Positions 11,213-22,902 of a DNA stretch of 64,000 nt are shown piece by piece; the first letter of the stretch is position 1; each line of letters starts with the position of its first letter. The notes beneath the pieces were generated by a model. It searched no databases. It was not told where the DNA came from and was given only the letters and a program-made list of their open reading frames with translations. Where the stretch lies: assembly GCF_003334765.1 (NCBI RefSeq), contig NZ_QOWT01000015.1; one strand, given 5' to 3'. Source of the stretch: Escherichia coli (GTDB lineage: Bacteria; Pseudomonadota; Gammaproteobacteria; Enterobacterales; Enterobacteriaceae). A program made the translations under genes and the position numbers.

Positions 11213-11410
11213 AGTGTATTACCTTTAATAATTAAGTGTGCCTTTCGGCGATATGGCGTGCTTTACAGATTTTGAAGCGTTAAAGGAATGTGCACTACGA
11301 GGGGTATCAACGATAACTCTTGAAGGGACTTGCCTTACTACACTGCTTTAATGGTCTGTACGTCAAACCGTTGATGTGCATTAAGCCACGCATTGGCGGG
11401 TGATGCAACA
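11213..11410 (-). promoter_or_regulatory. cspA long 5' UTR (~159 nt) with cold box, plus core promoter
   Basis: Reverse strand reads ...GGCTTAATGCACATCAACGGTTTGACGTACAGACCATTAAAGCAG...; cold-box element TGACGTACAGA at ~11351-11366; -10 CTTAAT just upstream of the inferred transcript start (~11371). Confidence 0.75.
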
Positions 11411-11492
11411 ATTATTTTTCATATTTATGATTAATCGGTTGGAAAACGGTCCTGTCATCAGGACCGTAAACAGCAATAAAGTGGATAAAAGT

Positions 11493-11783
11493 CTATTCCA
11501 TCAACTGCTTACTTAATGCCGGGTTGGCTTGAATCAAACGCATCAATTTTAGTTCGGCACTTGAAGGCTTCACGCGTCTGGATTCCCATTCCTTTACCAT
11601 GGCGACTGATACGCCCAAAACCCGGGCGAAATCATCGATTTTTAATCCTGTCCCTTTTCGTAACTGCTCAATTTCGGTACAGGACGTTGTTCTGTGCGTC
11701 AGGGTAATTTTCTGCGTTTCATCTTTAAAAACAATCTGTTCCAGGCTGCTCAACAGCTCATGCATTGGATCTTTATATTCCAT
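11493..11783 (-). CDS. yiaG: HTH (XRE/Cro-like) transcriptional regulator YiaG (96 aa)
   Basis: ORF track; MEYKDPMHELLSSLEQIVFKD... with an HTH segment IDDFARVLGVSVAMVKEWE. Confidence 0.9.
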   Translation of the reverse strand: MEYKDPMHELLSSLEQIVFKDETQKITLTHRTTSCTEIEQLRKGTGLKIDDFARVLGVSVAMVKEWESRRVKPSSAELKLMRLIQANPALSKQLME

Positions 11784-12216
11784 TGAAAACTCCTCAAATC
11801 ACACTGCGGGATCGTGAATTGCATCGAAGCTCATTAAGAATAGTCGGGAAAAGCAGACACAGCGGGGTGAAGTCAGGGCATGCTCTGGCTATGATTCGAT
11901 TCAGCCTGTCATTTAGCGTGACTTATAGCCACCTAACGATCTGATAAATGCCGATATATCTCTTACCACTCCTGTTTTGTAAAGATTTCGAAAATCTAAC
12001 CTTCTGCGAAGGCGTAAATCTCTGGCTACAAAAAAGGCAACGGCACTATCATTTTTTAACAATGAAACAACAAATTAACCTTGTTTCATTTTCTCCATGA
12101 TTTTACCAGGAAGATTACGTAGAAAGGGTATCCTGCAAGCCTGTCCTGGACTATCCTTGTCACGTCAGACACGCGTGTGTCGTTGTGCGCTTTTTTTGGG
12201 TGAAAGGAGTAAGAAA

Positions 12217-12927
12217 ATGGCGACAGGAAAGTCCTGCTCTCGCTGGTTTGCGCCTCTTGCGGCGTTATTAATGGTAGTTAGCCTGAGTGGGTGTTTTGAT
12301 AAAGAAGGCGATCAGCGTAAAGCGTTTATCGACTTCCTGCAGAATACAGTGATGCGTAGCGGTGAACGTCTACCAACCCTGACTGCCGATCAGAAAAAAC
12401 AGTTTGGTCCTTTTGTCTCTGATTACGCGATTCTGTATGGTTATTCTCAGCAGGTGAATCAGGCGATGGATTCCGGTCTGCGCCCGGTTGTAGACAGCGT
12501 TAACGCAATTCGCGTACCGCAGGATTACGTTACGCAAAGCGGTCCGCTGCGTGAAATGAACGGTTCGCTGGGTGTGCTGGCGCAACAACTGCAAAATGCG
12601 AAGTTGCAGGCCGATGCTGCGCACTCTGCGCTAAAACAGAGCGATGATTTGAAACCGGTCTTTGATCAGGCATTCACCAAAGTGGTAACGACGCCAGCTG
12701 ATGCATTGCAACCGTTGATTCCGGCGGCACAAACTTTCACGCAACAACTGGTGATGGTTGGAGACTACATTGCTCAGCAAGGTACTCAGGTGAGCTTTGT
12801 CGCAAATGGCATCCAGTTCCCGACTTCACAGCAGGCAAGTGAATATAACAAACTGATTGCGCCATTACCGGCACAGCATCAGGCGTTTAATCAGGCCTGG
12901 ACTACAGCAGTTACTGCAACCCAATAA
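12217..12927 (+). CDS. yiaF: Lipoprotein YiaF, DUF3053 family (236 aa)
   Basis: ORF track 12097..12927; start placed at MATGKSCSRWFAPLAALLMVVSLSGC (lipobox LSGC), which has an AAGGAG SD 8 nt upstream; the 40-codon upstream extension is treated as spurious. Confidence 0.85.
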   Translation: MATGKSCSRWFAPLAALLMVVSLSGCFDKEGDQRKAFIDFLQNTVMRSGERLPTLTADQKKQFGPFVSDYAILYGYSQQVNQAMDSGLRPVVDSVNAIRVPQDYVTQSGPLREMNGSLGVLAQQLQNAKLQADAAHSALKQSDDLKPVFDQAFTKVVTTPADALQPLIPAAQTFTQQLVMVGDYIAQQGTQVSFVANGIQFPTSQQASEYNKLIAPLPAQHQAFNQAWTTAVTATQ

Positions 12928-12933
12928 AGAGTA

Positions 12934-12962
12934 AAAGCCCGAGCGATTATCGGGCTTTACTC
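12934..12962. terminator. Bidirectional terminator between convergent yiaF and ghrB
   Basis: AAAGCCCGA-GCGATTAT-CGGGCTTT hairpin in the 49 bp gap between the two stop codons. Confidence 0.6.
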
Positions 12963-12976
12963 TACGCAGTCGCGGC

Positions 12977-13951
12977 TTAGTCCGCGACGTGCGGATTCAC
13001 ACAGTTCTTCTCAACCTTTCCTTGTAACGCATCAATCAAATTATCCACGGCACAGGCGGCCATGCCATAACGCGTCTCATGGGTGGCAGATCCAATATGC
13101 GGTACTGCGACGACGTTGGCCATTGAGAGCAACGGCGAATCTACGGACAGTGGCTCTTGTTCGAAGACATCCAGCCCGGCAGCGTGAATTTCGCCTTTCT
13201 GCAATGCTGCGATCAGTGCATTTTCGTCAACCACCGGGCCACGTCCGGCATTAATGAAAATGGCGGAGGATTTCATTTTGGCGAATTGTTCTGCGCCAAA
13301 CAGATGATGCGTCTCATCAGTTAACGGCAGGATCAGGCAAACGAAATCTGACTCTTGTAACAGAGTATCCAAATCGCAGTAGCGGGCGTTGAAGCGTTCT
13401 TCTGCTTCTTTATGGTGGCGGCGCGCGTTATAGAGGATGGGCATGTTGAAGCCAAAGTGCGCACGTTGTGCCAGCGCCATGCCGATCCGTCCCATCCCGA
13501 CAATGCCCAGTGTTTTATGGTGAACGTCAGTGCCGTACCAGTCCGGGCCTATGCTCGCGGTCCATTCGCCTGCTTTTACCCGTTCTGCTACCTCCACAAC
13601 CCGACGAGCGGTAGACAACACCAGCGCCATCAGCGTATCGGCGACGGTTTCTGTTAATACGGTTGGCGTGTGCATCAGCAGAATTTTTCGGGCGGTAAGC
13701 GCATCGACATCAAAATTGTCATAGCCGACGGAGATCGTTGATGTGGCACGCAGTTTCGGCATTTTTTCCAGCAATGCGGCATTTACATTCTCGTTTGAAC
13801 CCAGTAAACCTTCAGCTTCGGCAAAAATTGCTGCATTTTGTTCGACGGTTTGTGGGCTGAGGTTTGCCACCTGGTGAACGGTGAAATGCTCTTGCAGGCG
13901 TTGCAGTAAATCATCAGGTAAGGCTTTGTAGAGGATAACGGACGGCTTCAT
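12977..13951 (-). CDS. ghrB: Glyoxylate/hydroxypyruvate reductase B (2-ketogluconate reductase), 324 aa
   Basis: ORF track 12977..13963; start at [16 protein letters not shown]...; D-2-hydroxyacid dehydrogenase with NAD-binding motif GIVGMGRIG. Confidence 0.92.
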   Translation of the reverse strand: MKPSVILYKALPDDLLQRLQEHFTVHQVANLSPQTVEQNAAIFAEAEGLLGSNENVNAALLEKMPKLRATSTISVGYDNFDVDALTARKILLMHTPTVLTETVADTLMALVLSTARRVVEVAERVKAGEWTASIGPDWYGTDVHHKTLGIVGMGRIGMALAQRAHFGFNMPILYNARRHHKEAEERFNARYCDLDTLLQESDFVCLILPLTDETHHLFGAEQFAKMKSSAIFINAGRGPVVDENALIAALQKGEIHAAGLDVFEQEPLSVDSPLLSMANVVAVPHIGSATHETRYGMAACAVDNLIDALQGKVEKNCVNPHVAD

Positions 13952-14054
13952 GCTTCTCTCCATTCACTGATAAGGCGATCACCTTAGCCTGAAATATGAT
14001 GAAGGAAAACTGAAGAATGCCAGGTGATTTCTGCATCACCTGGCATGAAAGGGA

Positions 14055-14714
14055 TTACAGCGGGCTTAAGGTAATTTCTACACGGCGGTTTTGCGCCTTA
14101 CCTTCTGCGGTGCTGTTGCTGGCGATTGGGTTAGCCGGGCCAAGGCCCTGAGTACGGATGCGGCTGGCGTCCACGCCCTGGGTGATCAACGCGCTGGCAA
14201 CGGAATCCGCACGTTGCTGGGAGAGACGCATGTTCAGGTCGTGACCACCCGTGCTGTCGGTATAACCAATCACGTTAACCGCCGTTTTCGGATACTCTTT
14301 CAGTACCATTGCCACGCCGGTCAGGGTGTTAGCGCCCGCCGGTTTCAGGGTCGCGCTGCTGCTGTCGAAGGTCACATTGTTCGGCATATTGAGGATAATG
14401 TTATCCCCGCTGCGGGTTACGCTAACACCAGTGCCGCGCATTTTGTCGCGCAGCTTCGCTTCCTGCACATCCATGTAATAACCAACGCCGCCGCCCAGAG
14501 CTGCGCCTGCTGCTGCGCCAATCAGCGCGCCTTTACCGCGATCTTTCTTCGAAGAAGAGAGCGCACCAATACCCGCGCCCACGAGAGAGCCCAGACCTGC
14601 GCCGATAGCAGATTTACCTGCTTCGCGTTCGCCGGTGTAAGGGTTAGTTGTGCAGCCAGATACCGCCAGAGCGCCACTCACTACGGCGGCAATAAGATAA
14701 ACACGTTTCTTCAT
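14055..14714 (-). CDS. yiaD: OmpA-domain outer-membrane lipoprotein YiaD (219 aa)
   Basis: ORF track; lipobox SGC, Gly-rich linker, C-terminal OmpA-like peptidoglycan-binding domain (...NRRVEITL). Confidence 0.9.
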   Translation of the reverse strand: MKKRVYLIAAVVSGALAVSGCTTNPYTGEREAGKSAIGAGLGSLVGAGIGALSSSKKDRGKGALIGAAAGAALGGGVGYYMDVQEAKLRDKMRGTGVSVTRSGDNIILNMPNNVTFDSSSATLKPAGANTLTGVAMVLKEYPKTAVNVIGYTDSTGGHDLNMRLSQQRADSVASALITQGVDASRIRTQGLGPANPIASNSTAEGKAQNRRVEITLSPL

Positions 14715-14866
14715 TGTTAATCCTTAATAACCTTTTTATTCTTTGCCACGGGTTCCGTGGCGGGAGATTATGCCGCGTGAACATGAAGATTATTCCTGGG
14801 AATACTCGGAAATTTGTAAGTAATATTTAACTGCTCAATACATCTAACCTTTCAGGAGTCTTCGGT

Positions 14867-17200
14867 TTGGCCAACTCATCCTCACGATATTCCGTTCTGA
14901 CTGCCGCCCATTGGGGGCCCATGCTGGTTGAAACCGACGGCGAAACCGTGTTTAGCTCGCGTGGCGCGTTAGCCACAGGAATGGAAAACTCCTTGCAGAG
15001 CGCGGTTCGCGACCAGGTTCACAGCAATACGCGGGTACGATTTCCAATGGTGCGAAAAGGCTTTCTTGCGTCACCGGAAAACCCGCAAGGCATTCGTGGG
15101 CAGGATGAATTTGTTCGCGTGAGTTGGGATGAGGCGCTGGATCTTATTCACCAACAACATAAACGCATTCGTGAGGCTTATGGTCCGGCATCGATTTTTG
15201 CTGGTTCCTACGGCTGGCGTTCAAACGGCGTGCTGCATAAGGCCTCGACATTATTACAACGCTATATGGCGCTGGCAGGCGGTTATACCGGGCATCTGGG
15301 GGATTATTCGACCGGCGCGGCACAGGCGATCATGCCGTATGTCGTGGGTGGTAGTGAAGTTTATCAACAGCAGACCAGTTGGCCGCTGGTGCTGGAACAT
15401 AGCGATGTCGTGGTGCTGTGGAGTGCTAACCCACTCAATACGCTGAAAATTGCGTGGAATGCATCCGATGAGCAGGGGCTTTCTTACTTTTCTGCACTGC
15501 GTGACAGCGGGAAAAAGCTGATCTGCATTGATCCAATGCGATCGGAAACCGTCGATTTCTTTGGCGATAAAATGGAGTGGGTGGCACCGCACATGGGCAC
15601 CGATGTTGCGCTGATGCTGGGGATCGCCCATACGCTGGTGGAAAATGGTTGGCACGACGAAGCGTTTCTGGCGCGTTGCACCACAGGTTATGCCGTCTTC
15701 GCCTCTTATTTGCTGGGCGAGAGTGACGGAATAGCGAAAACCGCCGAATGGGCAGCAGAGATTTGTGGTGTTGGCGCAGCGAAAATCCGCGAGCTGGCGG
15801 CTATTTTCCACCAAAATACCACCATGCTGATGGCAGGCTGGGGAATGCAGCGCCAACAGTTTGGTGAGCAAAAACACTGGATGATCGTCACGCTGGCAGC
15901 AATGTTGGGGCAAATCGGCACACCCGGCGGCGGTTTTGGTCTTTCTTACCATTTTGCCAATGGTGGTAACCCCACGCGGCGTTCTGCGGTGCTCTCTTCC
16001 ATGCAGGGCAGCTTGCCGGGTGGCTGCGATGCGGTGGATAAAATCCCTGTTGCCCGCATTGTTGAAGCACTGGAAAACCCTGGTGGCGCATATCAACACA
16101 ACGGTATGAACCGACATTTCCCGGATATTCGTTTTATCTGGTGGGCGGGCGGTGCCAACTTTACTCATCATCAGGATACCAATCGCCTGATCCGTGCCTG
16201 GCAAAAACCGGAGCTGGTGGTGATCTCTGAATGCTTCTGGACGGCGGCGGCAAAACACGCGGATATCGTTCTGCCTGCGACTACCTCTTTTGAGCGTAAT
16301 GATCTCACCATGACCGGTGATTACAGTAATCAGCATCTGGTGCCGATGAAGCAAGTGGTGCCGCCACGCTATGAAGCGCGTAATGATTTTGATGTTTTTG
16401 CCGAGTTAAGTGAACGCTGGGAGAAGGGCGGTTATGCACGTTTTACGGAAGGAAAAAGTGAGCTGCAATGGCTGGAAACGTTTTATAACGTTGCCCGACA
16501 GCGCGGGGCAAGCCAGCAGGTTGAATTGCCGCCATTTGCTGAGTTCTGGCAAGCCAACCAGTTAATTGAGATGCCGGAAAACCCGGACAGCGAGCGGTTT
16601 ATTCGCTTCGCTGATTTTTGCCGCGATCCGCTGGCGCATCCGTTAAAAACCGCCAGCGGCAAGATTGAAATCTTCTCACAGCGTATTGCCGATTACGGTT
16701 ACCCGGATTGCCCTGGGCATCCAATGTGGCTGGAGCCGGACGAATGGCAGGGCAATGCCGAACCAGAACAGTTGCAGGTACTTTCTGCCCATCCGGCGCA
16801 CCGCCTGCACAGCCAGCTGAATTACAGTTCTCTGCGCGAATTGTACGCGGTGGCAAATCGTGAGCCTGTCACCATTCATCCTGACGATGCCCAGGAGCGC
16901 GGCATACAAGATGGCGATACTGTTCGGTTGTGGAACGCACGCGGGCAAATTCTTGCCGGAGCGGTCATTAGCGAGGGAATTAAACCTGGCGTGATTTGCA
17001 TTCACGAAGGGGCATGGCCGGATCTGGATTTAACCGCTGACGGTATTTGTAAAAACGGCGCAGTGAACGTGCTGACCAAAGATCTCCCCAGCTCGCGGCT
17101 GGGGAATGGCTGTGCGGGTAATACGGCGCTGGCATGGCTGGAAAAATACAACGGTCCGGAACTGACACTTACAGCGTTTGAACCACCGGCCAGCTCATAA
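14867..17200 (+). CDS. bisC: Biotin sulfoxide reductase, molybdopterin oxidoreductase (777 aa)
   Basis: ORF track; DMSO-reductase-family protein without a Tat signal (cytoplasmic); N-terminus [25 protein letters not shown]. Confidence 0.93.
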
Positions 17201-17609
17201 TCCATGTGGGTAGTTGGGTTTCATCCTGCCATGCGCAATCGACAATGTGAAAACCCTGTGCCTGGTAAAAATTTATCGCCGGTTGATTTTTTTGATAAAC
17301 CTCCAGCATCAGGTGGGGATGGCGCTGCTGCACATACTGCATCAGCGCCTTACCAATACCGCGCCTGACGGCCTTCGGTGCGACAAACATCGCTGCCAGA
17401 AATCGGCCTTCCATAATGCTGACAAAACCGAGAAGCTTACCGTCTTCTTCCCAGACCCAGTTTTGCGCGTTGGCAAGATAGGCATCCCGCACCAGCGGAA
17501 TGCAGTCACGCCAGTAATTCGCTTTTATAAAGGGATGCCCCCAGGTTGTACTTTCCAGCCACAGTTCGAGGATCGCGGGGAGTTCTGAACGTTGCGCTTC
17601 CCGAATCAT
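17169..17609 (-). CDS. yiaC: GNAT-family N-acetyltransferase YiaC (146 aa)
   Basis: ORF track; GNAT motifs (...[12 protein letters not shown]...); 3' end overlaps the bisC 3' end by 32 bp (convergent). Confidence 0.88.
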   Translation of the reverse strand: MIREAQRSELPAILELWLESTTWGHPFIKANYWRDCIPLVRDAYLANAQNWVWEEDGKLLGFVSIMEGRFLAAMFVAPKAVRRGIGKALMQYVQQRHPHLMLEVYQKNQPAINFYQAQGFHIVDCAWQDETQLPTWIMSWPVVQTL

Positions 17610-18169
17610 GGTTTATTTCCCGGATAGCAACAGCAGCCAACCACATGATCATTCACCAGCCCACATGCCTGCATAAAGGAGTAACAGATTGTGGTGCCGA
17701 CAAACTTAAAACCACGTTTTTTCAGTGCCTTAGATAGGGCGTCGGAGGCGGACGTAGATGTGGGAATTTCGCTCAACGTTGTGGCTTGTGTCACCTGTGG
17801 CTGATGATTTACAAACGACCAGACAAAGTCGACAAACGGTTCGCCGTTCTGTTCCATTTGCAGGTACGCCCGCGCATTACCAATAATTGCCTGAATTTTC
17901 CCTCGATGGCGGATAATCCCGGCGTCCTGTACCAGTCTTTCGACATCCTCTTCCTGCATTGCTGCGACCTTCACCGGATCGAACTGATGAAAGCAGGCGC
18001 GATAGTTTTCGCGTTTTTTGAGGACGGTGATCCACGATAATCCAGCCTGCTGCCCTTCAAGGCAGATCATTTCGAACAGTTTTTTACTGTCAGTTTCAGG
18101 CACGCCCCACTCATTATCATGGTAGGCAATATAAAGCGGGTCCTGACTCACCCAGCCGCAACGTTCCAT
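17606..18169 (-). CDS. tag: DNA-3-methyladenine glycosylase I (187 aa)
   Basis: ORF track 17606..18406; start placed at MERCGWVSQDPLYIAYHDNEWGVPE (canonical Tag N-terminus); the stop overlaps the yiaC start by 4 bp. Confidence 0.92.
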   Translation of the reverse strand: MERCGWVSQDPLYIAYHDNEWGVPETDSKKLFEMICLEGQQAGLSWITVLKKRENYRACFHQFDPVKVAAMQEEDVERLVQDAGIIRHRGKIQAIIGNARAYLQMEQNGEPFVDFVWSFVNHQPQVTQATTLSEIPTSTSASDALSKALKKRGFKFVGTTICYSFMQACGLVNDHVVGCCCYPGNKP

Positions 18170-18326
18170 ACTTTCCCTCGCTATGTACCCGATCGTAAAA
18201 ATTTCAGCCGCTTTTCTTGACGCATCGGTGAAAAAGTCAATATTTAATACAGGGCTACTATGCCCGATATCCTTCATACAATGACAATAATATTGCCGAA
18301 TTCGGCTCTTCCCTGGAGTCGTGTTA

Positions 18327-19025
18327 ATGATCATAAAAAAAAGCGGTGGTCGCTGGCAGCTAAGCCTGCTGGCGAGCGTGGTAATCAGTGCCTTTTTTCT
18401 CAACACAGCTTACGCCTGGCAACAAGAATATATCGTTGATACGCAACCCGGACTTTCCACAGAGCGTTACACCTGGGATAGTGATCATCAACCTGATTAC
18501 AACGATATTTTGTCGCAACGTATTCAAAGTAGCCAAAGGGCGCTGGGACTGGAAGTCAATCTGGCGGAAGAAACCCCTGTGGATGTGACCAGCAGTATGA
18601 GTATGGGCTGGAATTTTCCTTTATATGAACAGGTTACAACCGGCCCGGTCGCGGCATTACATTACGATGGCACAACCACCTCGATGTATAACGAGTTTGG
18701 CGACAGTACTACCACGCTGACCGATCCGTTATGGCATGCCAGCGTGAGTACCTTAGGCTGGCGTGTTGACTCCCGGCTTGGCGATCTCCGACCCTGGGCG
18801 CAAATCAGCTATAACCAGCAATTTGGCGAGAATATCTGGAAGGCGCAATCAGGCCTGAGCCGGATGACGGCGACAAACCAGAACGGCAACTGGCTGGATG
18901 TCACCGTAGGCGCTGATATGTTGCTCAATCAAAATATTGCCGCCTATGCCGCGCTAACTCAGGCAGAAAATACCACTAATAATAGCGACTATCTGTATAC
19001 GATGGGGGTTAGCGCCAGATTTTAA
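18327..19025 (+). CDS. yhjY: YhjY, autotransporter beta-barrel-like protein (~232 aa)
   Basis: ORF track 18321..19025; signal peptide MIIKKSGGRWQLSLLASVVISAFFLNTAYA; C-terminus ends ...YTMGVSARF (aromatic terminal residue typical of outer-membrane beta-barrels). Start could be off by 1-2 codons. Confidence 0.8.
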   Translation: MIIKKSGGRWQLSLLASVVISAFFLNTAYAWQQEYIVDTQPGLSTERYTWDSDHQPDYNDILSQRIQSSQRALGLEVNLAEETPVDVTSSMSMGWNFPLYEQVTTGPVAALHYDGTTTSMYNEFGDSTTTLTDPLWHASVSTLGWRVDSRLGDLRPWAQISYNQQFGENIWKAQSGLSRMTATNQNGNWLDVTVGADMLLNQNIAAYAALTQAENTTNNSDYLYTMGVSARF

Positions 19026-19139
19026 CGTAACAGTCACAATTGAAACCATTAAATAACAATAGTTGTGGCGATAGTGGGTGCTAACTTACCAAATAATAAA
19101 TTTGGTGAATAATTGTCGCGTCATTCATTCCTGAACTAA

Positions 19140-19170
19140 GGCATTTCATTCCGTTCTGATGGCATTTCAT
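19140..19170 (+). promoter_or_regulatory. YpdB (LytTR response regulator) binding site: direct repeat GGCATTTCAT-N11-GGCATTTCAT upstream of yhjX
   Basis: Perfect 10 bp direct repeat with 11 bp spacer (two helical turns), ~85-115 bp upstream of the yhjX start; matches the motif recalled for YpdA/YpdB control of yhjX. Confidence 0.7.
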
Positions 19171-19253
19171 GCCGTTTTTCCCCAGGCATAAAGTGCACTT
19201 CGTTATGGTTGTCGGCAGAGATTTTTCCTTTTTATTACTGCAGGAATACTGCC

Positions 19254-20462
19254 ATGACACCTTCAAATTATCAGCGTACCCGCTGGCTGACACTCATCGG
19301 TACTATCATTACCCAGTTTGCGCTGGGGTCGGTTTATACCTGGAGCCTGTTTAATGGCGCGCTTTCCGCCAAGCTGGATGCGCCGGTAAGCCAGGTCGCT
19401 TTCTCTTTCGGCTTGTTAAGTCTGGGGCTGGCAATTTCGTCTTCTGTTGCGGGCAAATTACAGGAACGTTTTGGCGTTAAACGCGTCACCATGGCTTCCG
19501 GCATTTTGCTGGGATTAGGCTTCTTCCTGACAGCGCATTCTGACAACCTGATGATGCTGTGGTTAAGCGCCGGTGTGCTGGTGGGACTGGCAGATGGCGC
19601 GGGTTATCTGCTGACGCTCTCTAACTGTGTGAAGTGGTTCCCGGAGCGTAAAGGTCTGATCTCCGCGTTCGCTATCGGTTCTTATGGTCTGGGTAGCCTG
19701 GGTTTCAAATTTATCGACACGCAGCTGCTGGAAACGGTCGGTCTGGAAAAAACCTTTGTGATTTGGGGAGCGATTGCGCTGTTGATGATTGTTTTCGGCG
19801 CAACGTTAATGAAAGACGCACCAAAACAGGAAGTGAAAACCAGCAATGGTGTGGTGGAGAAAGATTACACGCTGGCAGAGTCGATGCGTAAACCGCAGTA
19901 CTGGATGTTAGCGGTAATGTTCCTGACCGCCTGCATGAGCGGCCTGTACGTGATTGGGGTAGCGAAAGATATCGCCCAAAGTCTGGCACACCTTGATGTG
20001 GTTTCCGCAGCCAATGCAGTCACTGTTATTTCCATCGCCAACCTTTCAGGTCGTCTGGTGCTGGGTATTCTGTCTGACAAAATCGCCCGTATCCGTGTTA
20101 TTACCATTGGTCAGGTGATATCGCTGGTGGGTATGGCGGCCCTGCTGTTTGCACCATTGAATGCAGTGACGTTCTTTGCAGCGATTGCCTGCGTGGCATT
20201 TAACTTTGGCGGCACTATTACCGTCTTTCCGTCACTGGTCAGTGAGTTCTTTGGCCTCAATAACCTGGCGAAAAACTACGGTGTGATTTATCTCGGTTTC
20301 GGTATCGGTAGCATTTGTGGTTCGATTATCGCCTCACTGTTTGGCGGCTTCTATGTGACCTTCTACGTGATTTTCGCCCTGCTGATTCTGTCATTGGCGC
20401 TTTCTACGACGATTCGTCAGCCAGAGCAGAAAATGTTGCGTGAGGCGCATGGCTCCCTTTAA
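19254..20462 (+). CDS. yhjX: MFS transporter YhjX (oxalate/formate antiporter family), pyruvate-inducible (402 aa)
   Basis: ORF track 19209..20462; start at MTPSNYQRTRWLTLIGTIITQFALGSVYTW...; 12 predicted TM segments. Confidence 0.9.
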   Translation: MTPSNYQRTRWLTLIGTIITQFALGSVYTWSLFNGALSAKLDAPVSQVAFSFGLLSLGLAISSSVAGKLQERFGVKRVTMASGILLGLGFFLTAHSDNLMMLWLSAGVLVGLADGAGYLLTLSNCVKWFPERKGLISAFAIGSYGLGSLGFKFIDTQLLETVGLEKTFVIWGAIALLMIVFGATLMKDAPKQEVKTSNGVVEKDYTLAESMRKPQYWMLAVMFLTACMSGLYVIGVAKDIAQSLAHLDVVSAANAVTVISIANLSGRLVLGILSDKIARIRVITIGQVISLVGMAALLFAPLNAVTFFAAIACVAFNFGGTITVFPSLVSEFFGLNNLAKNYGVIYLGFGIGSICGSIIASLFGGFYVTFYVIFALLILSLALSTTIRQPEQKMLREAHGSL

Positions 20463-20785
20463 TGCTCAGCCGCGAGCTACTGGGCTTCAGCTTCCGTGTG
20501 CATCAAACGCATCAACGAAATGTATAAACAATGACTCGTAAAATTTGGGCCAATTAACTGGCCCTTTTTACTGCTTTTTGTAACGCTAAAGTCTCTTTTC
20601 AAACTTGCATTTTTGTAAATTTGTGCTTCATGCACACTCTTTCCCCACACTTTTTCCCTTTGCTGTGGTCTACTTATTCGCGCGTGTAGATTTTACTTAT
20701 CTGACTACCTCCGCACTTTTTCCCTGCCGGGCCTGAAAAGCCACTAAGCAGGGTGTTATCACCTGTTTGTCCAGGGTTTGTTTGC

Positions 20786-22477
20786 ATGAGATACATCAAA
20801 TCGATTACACAGCAGAAGCTGAGCTTTTTGCTTGCAATCTATATTGGCCTTTTTATGAATGGCGCGGTTTTTTACCGCCGCTTCGGCAGCTATGCGCACG
20901 ATTTTACCGTCTGGAAAGGCATTTCTGCTGTTGTTGAACTGGCCGCCACCGTACTGGTGACCTTCTTTTTACTACGTCTTCTTTCGCTGTTTGGCCGCCG
21001 CAGCTGGCGTATTCTGGCATCGCTGGTGGTGCTCTTTTCCGCAGGTGCCAGCTATTACATGACCTTCCTTAATGTGGTCATTGGTTATGGCATCATCGCT
21101 TCCGTCATGACCACCGATATCGACCTGTCAAAAGAAGTTGTTGGTCTGAACTTTATTCTCTGGTTAATCGCCGTTAGTGCATTGCCTCTTATCCTTATCT
21201 GGAATAACCGCTGTCGCTACACCTTGCTCCGACAACTGCGAACCCCAGGGCAGCGTATTCGCAGCCTGGCGGTCGTCGTACTGGCGGGTATTATGGTTTG
21301 GGCACCGATTCGTTTGCTGGATATCCAGCAGAAGAAAGTGGAGAGGGCGACCGGCGTTGATTTGCCGAGTTATGGCGGTGTCGTAGCGAACTCTTATCTG
21401 CCATCAAACTGGCTTTCTGCGTTGGGGCTGTATGCCTGGGCGCGGGTCGATGAATCTTCCGATAATAATTCATTGCTTAATCCGGCGAAGAAATTCACTT
21501 ATCAGGCACCGCAAAACGTTGATGACACTTATGTCGTGTTTATCATCGGTGAAACCACGCGTTGGGACCATATGGGTATTTTCGGCTATGAGCGTAATAC
21601 CACGCCGAAACTGGCCCAGGAGAAAAATCTGGCGGCGTTCCGTGGTTACTCCTGTGATACCGCAACCAAACTCTCACTGCGTTGCATGTTTGTACGTCAG
21701 GGGGGCGCGGAAGATAATCCGCAGCGCACATTAAAAGAACAGAACATTTTCGCGGTTCTGAAGCAGTTAGGATTCAGTTCTGACCTCTACGCTATGCAGA
21801 GCGAAATGTGGTTCTACAGCAACACGATGGCGGACAACATTGCTTATCGTGAGCAGATTGGTGCGGAGCCACGTAATCGTGGCAAGCCGGTAGATGATAT
21901 GTTGCTGGTAGACGAAATGCAGCAATCGCTAGGGCGCAACCCGGATGGTAAGCATCTGATCATTCTGCATACCAAAGGTTCGCATTTTAACTACACCCAG
22001 CGTTATCCGCGTAGCTTCGCGCAGTGGAAGCCGGAATGTATTGGTGTTGATAGCGGCTGTACCAAAGCGCAGATGATCAACTCCTATGACAACTCGGTGA
22101 CCTATGTGGATCACTTTATCTCCAGCGTGATTGATCAGGTTCGCGATAAGAAAGCGATTGTGTTCTACGCAGCTGACCACGGTGAGTCAATTAATGAACG
22201 CGAGCACCTGCACGGCACGCCGCGTGAACTGGCACCGCCGGAGCAGTTCCGCGTACCGATGATGGTCTGGATGTCAGATAAATATCTGGAAAATCCGGCC
22301 AATGCGCAGGCGTTTGCGCAGCTGAAAAAAGAAGCCGACATGAAAGTGCCACGCCGTCACGTAGAGCTGTACGATACCATCATGGGTTGTCTTGGCTATA
22401 CTTCACCGGATGGTGGAATTAACGAAAACAACAACTGGTGTCACATCCCGCAGGCAAAAGAGGCAGCGGCTAACTAA
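20786..22477 (+). CDS. eptB: Kdo2-lipid A phosphoethanolamine transferase EptB (563 aa)
   Basis: ORF track 20753..22477; start at [16 protein letters not shown]...; N-terminal TM helices plus C-terminal sulfatase-like domain. Confidence 0.9.
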
Positions 22478-22568
22478 GCGGCCTGCTGACTTTCTCGCCG
22501 ATCAAAAGGCATTTTGCTATTAAGGGATTGACGAGGGCGTATCTGCGCAGTAAGATGCGCCCCGCATT

Positions 22569-22902
<334 letters not shown>

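Noticed and set aside
11516-11817. Two small plus-strand ORFs (63 and 72 aa) overlapping yiaG
   Set aside because: Antisense to yiaG with no SD; the minus-strand HTH protein is the supported gene.
15254-16354. 366 aa minus-strand ORF inside bisC
   Set aside because: Antisense to the molybdopterin oxidoreductase; Arg/His-rich shadow ORF.
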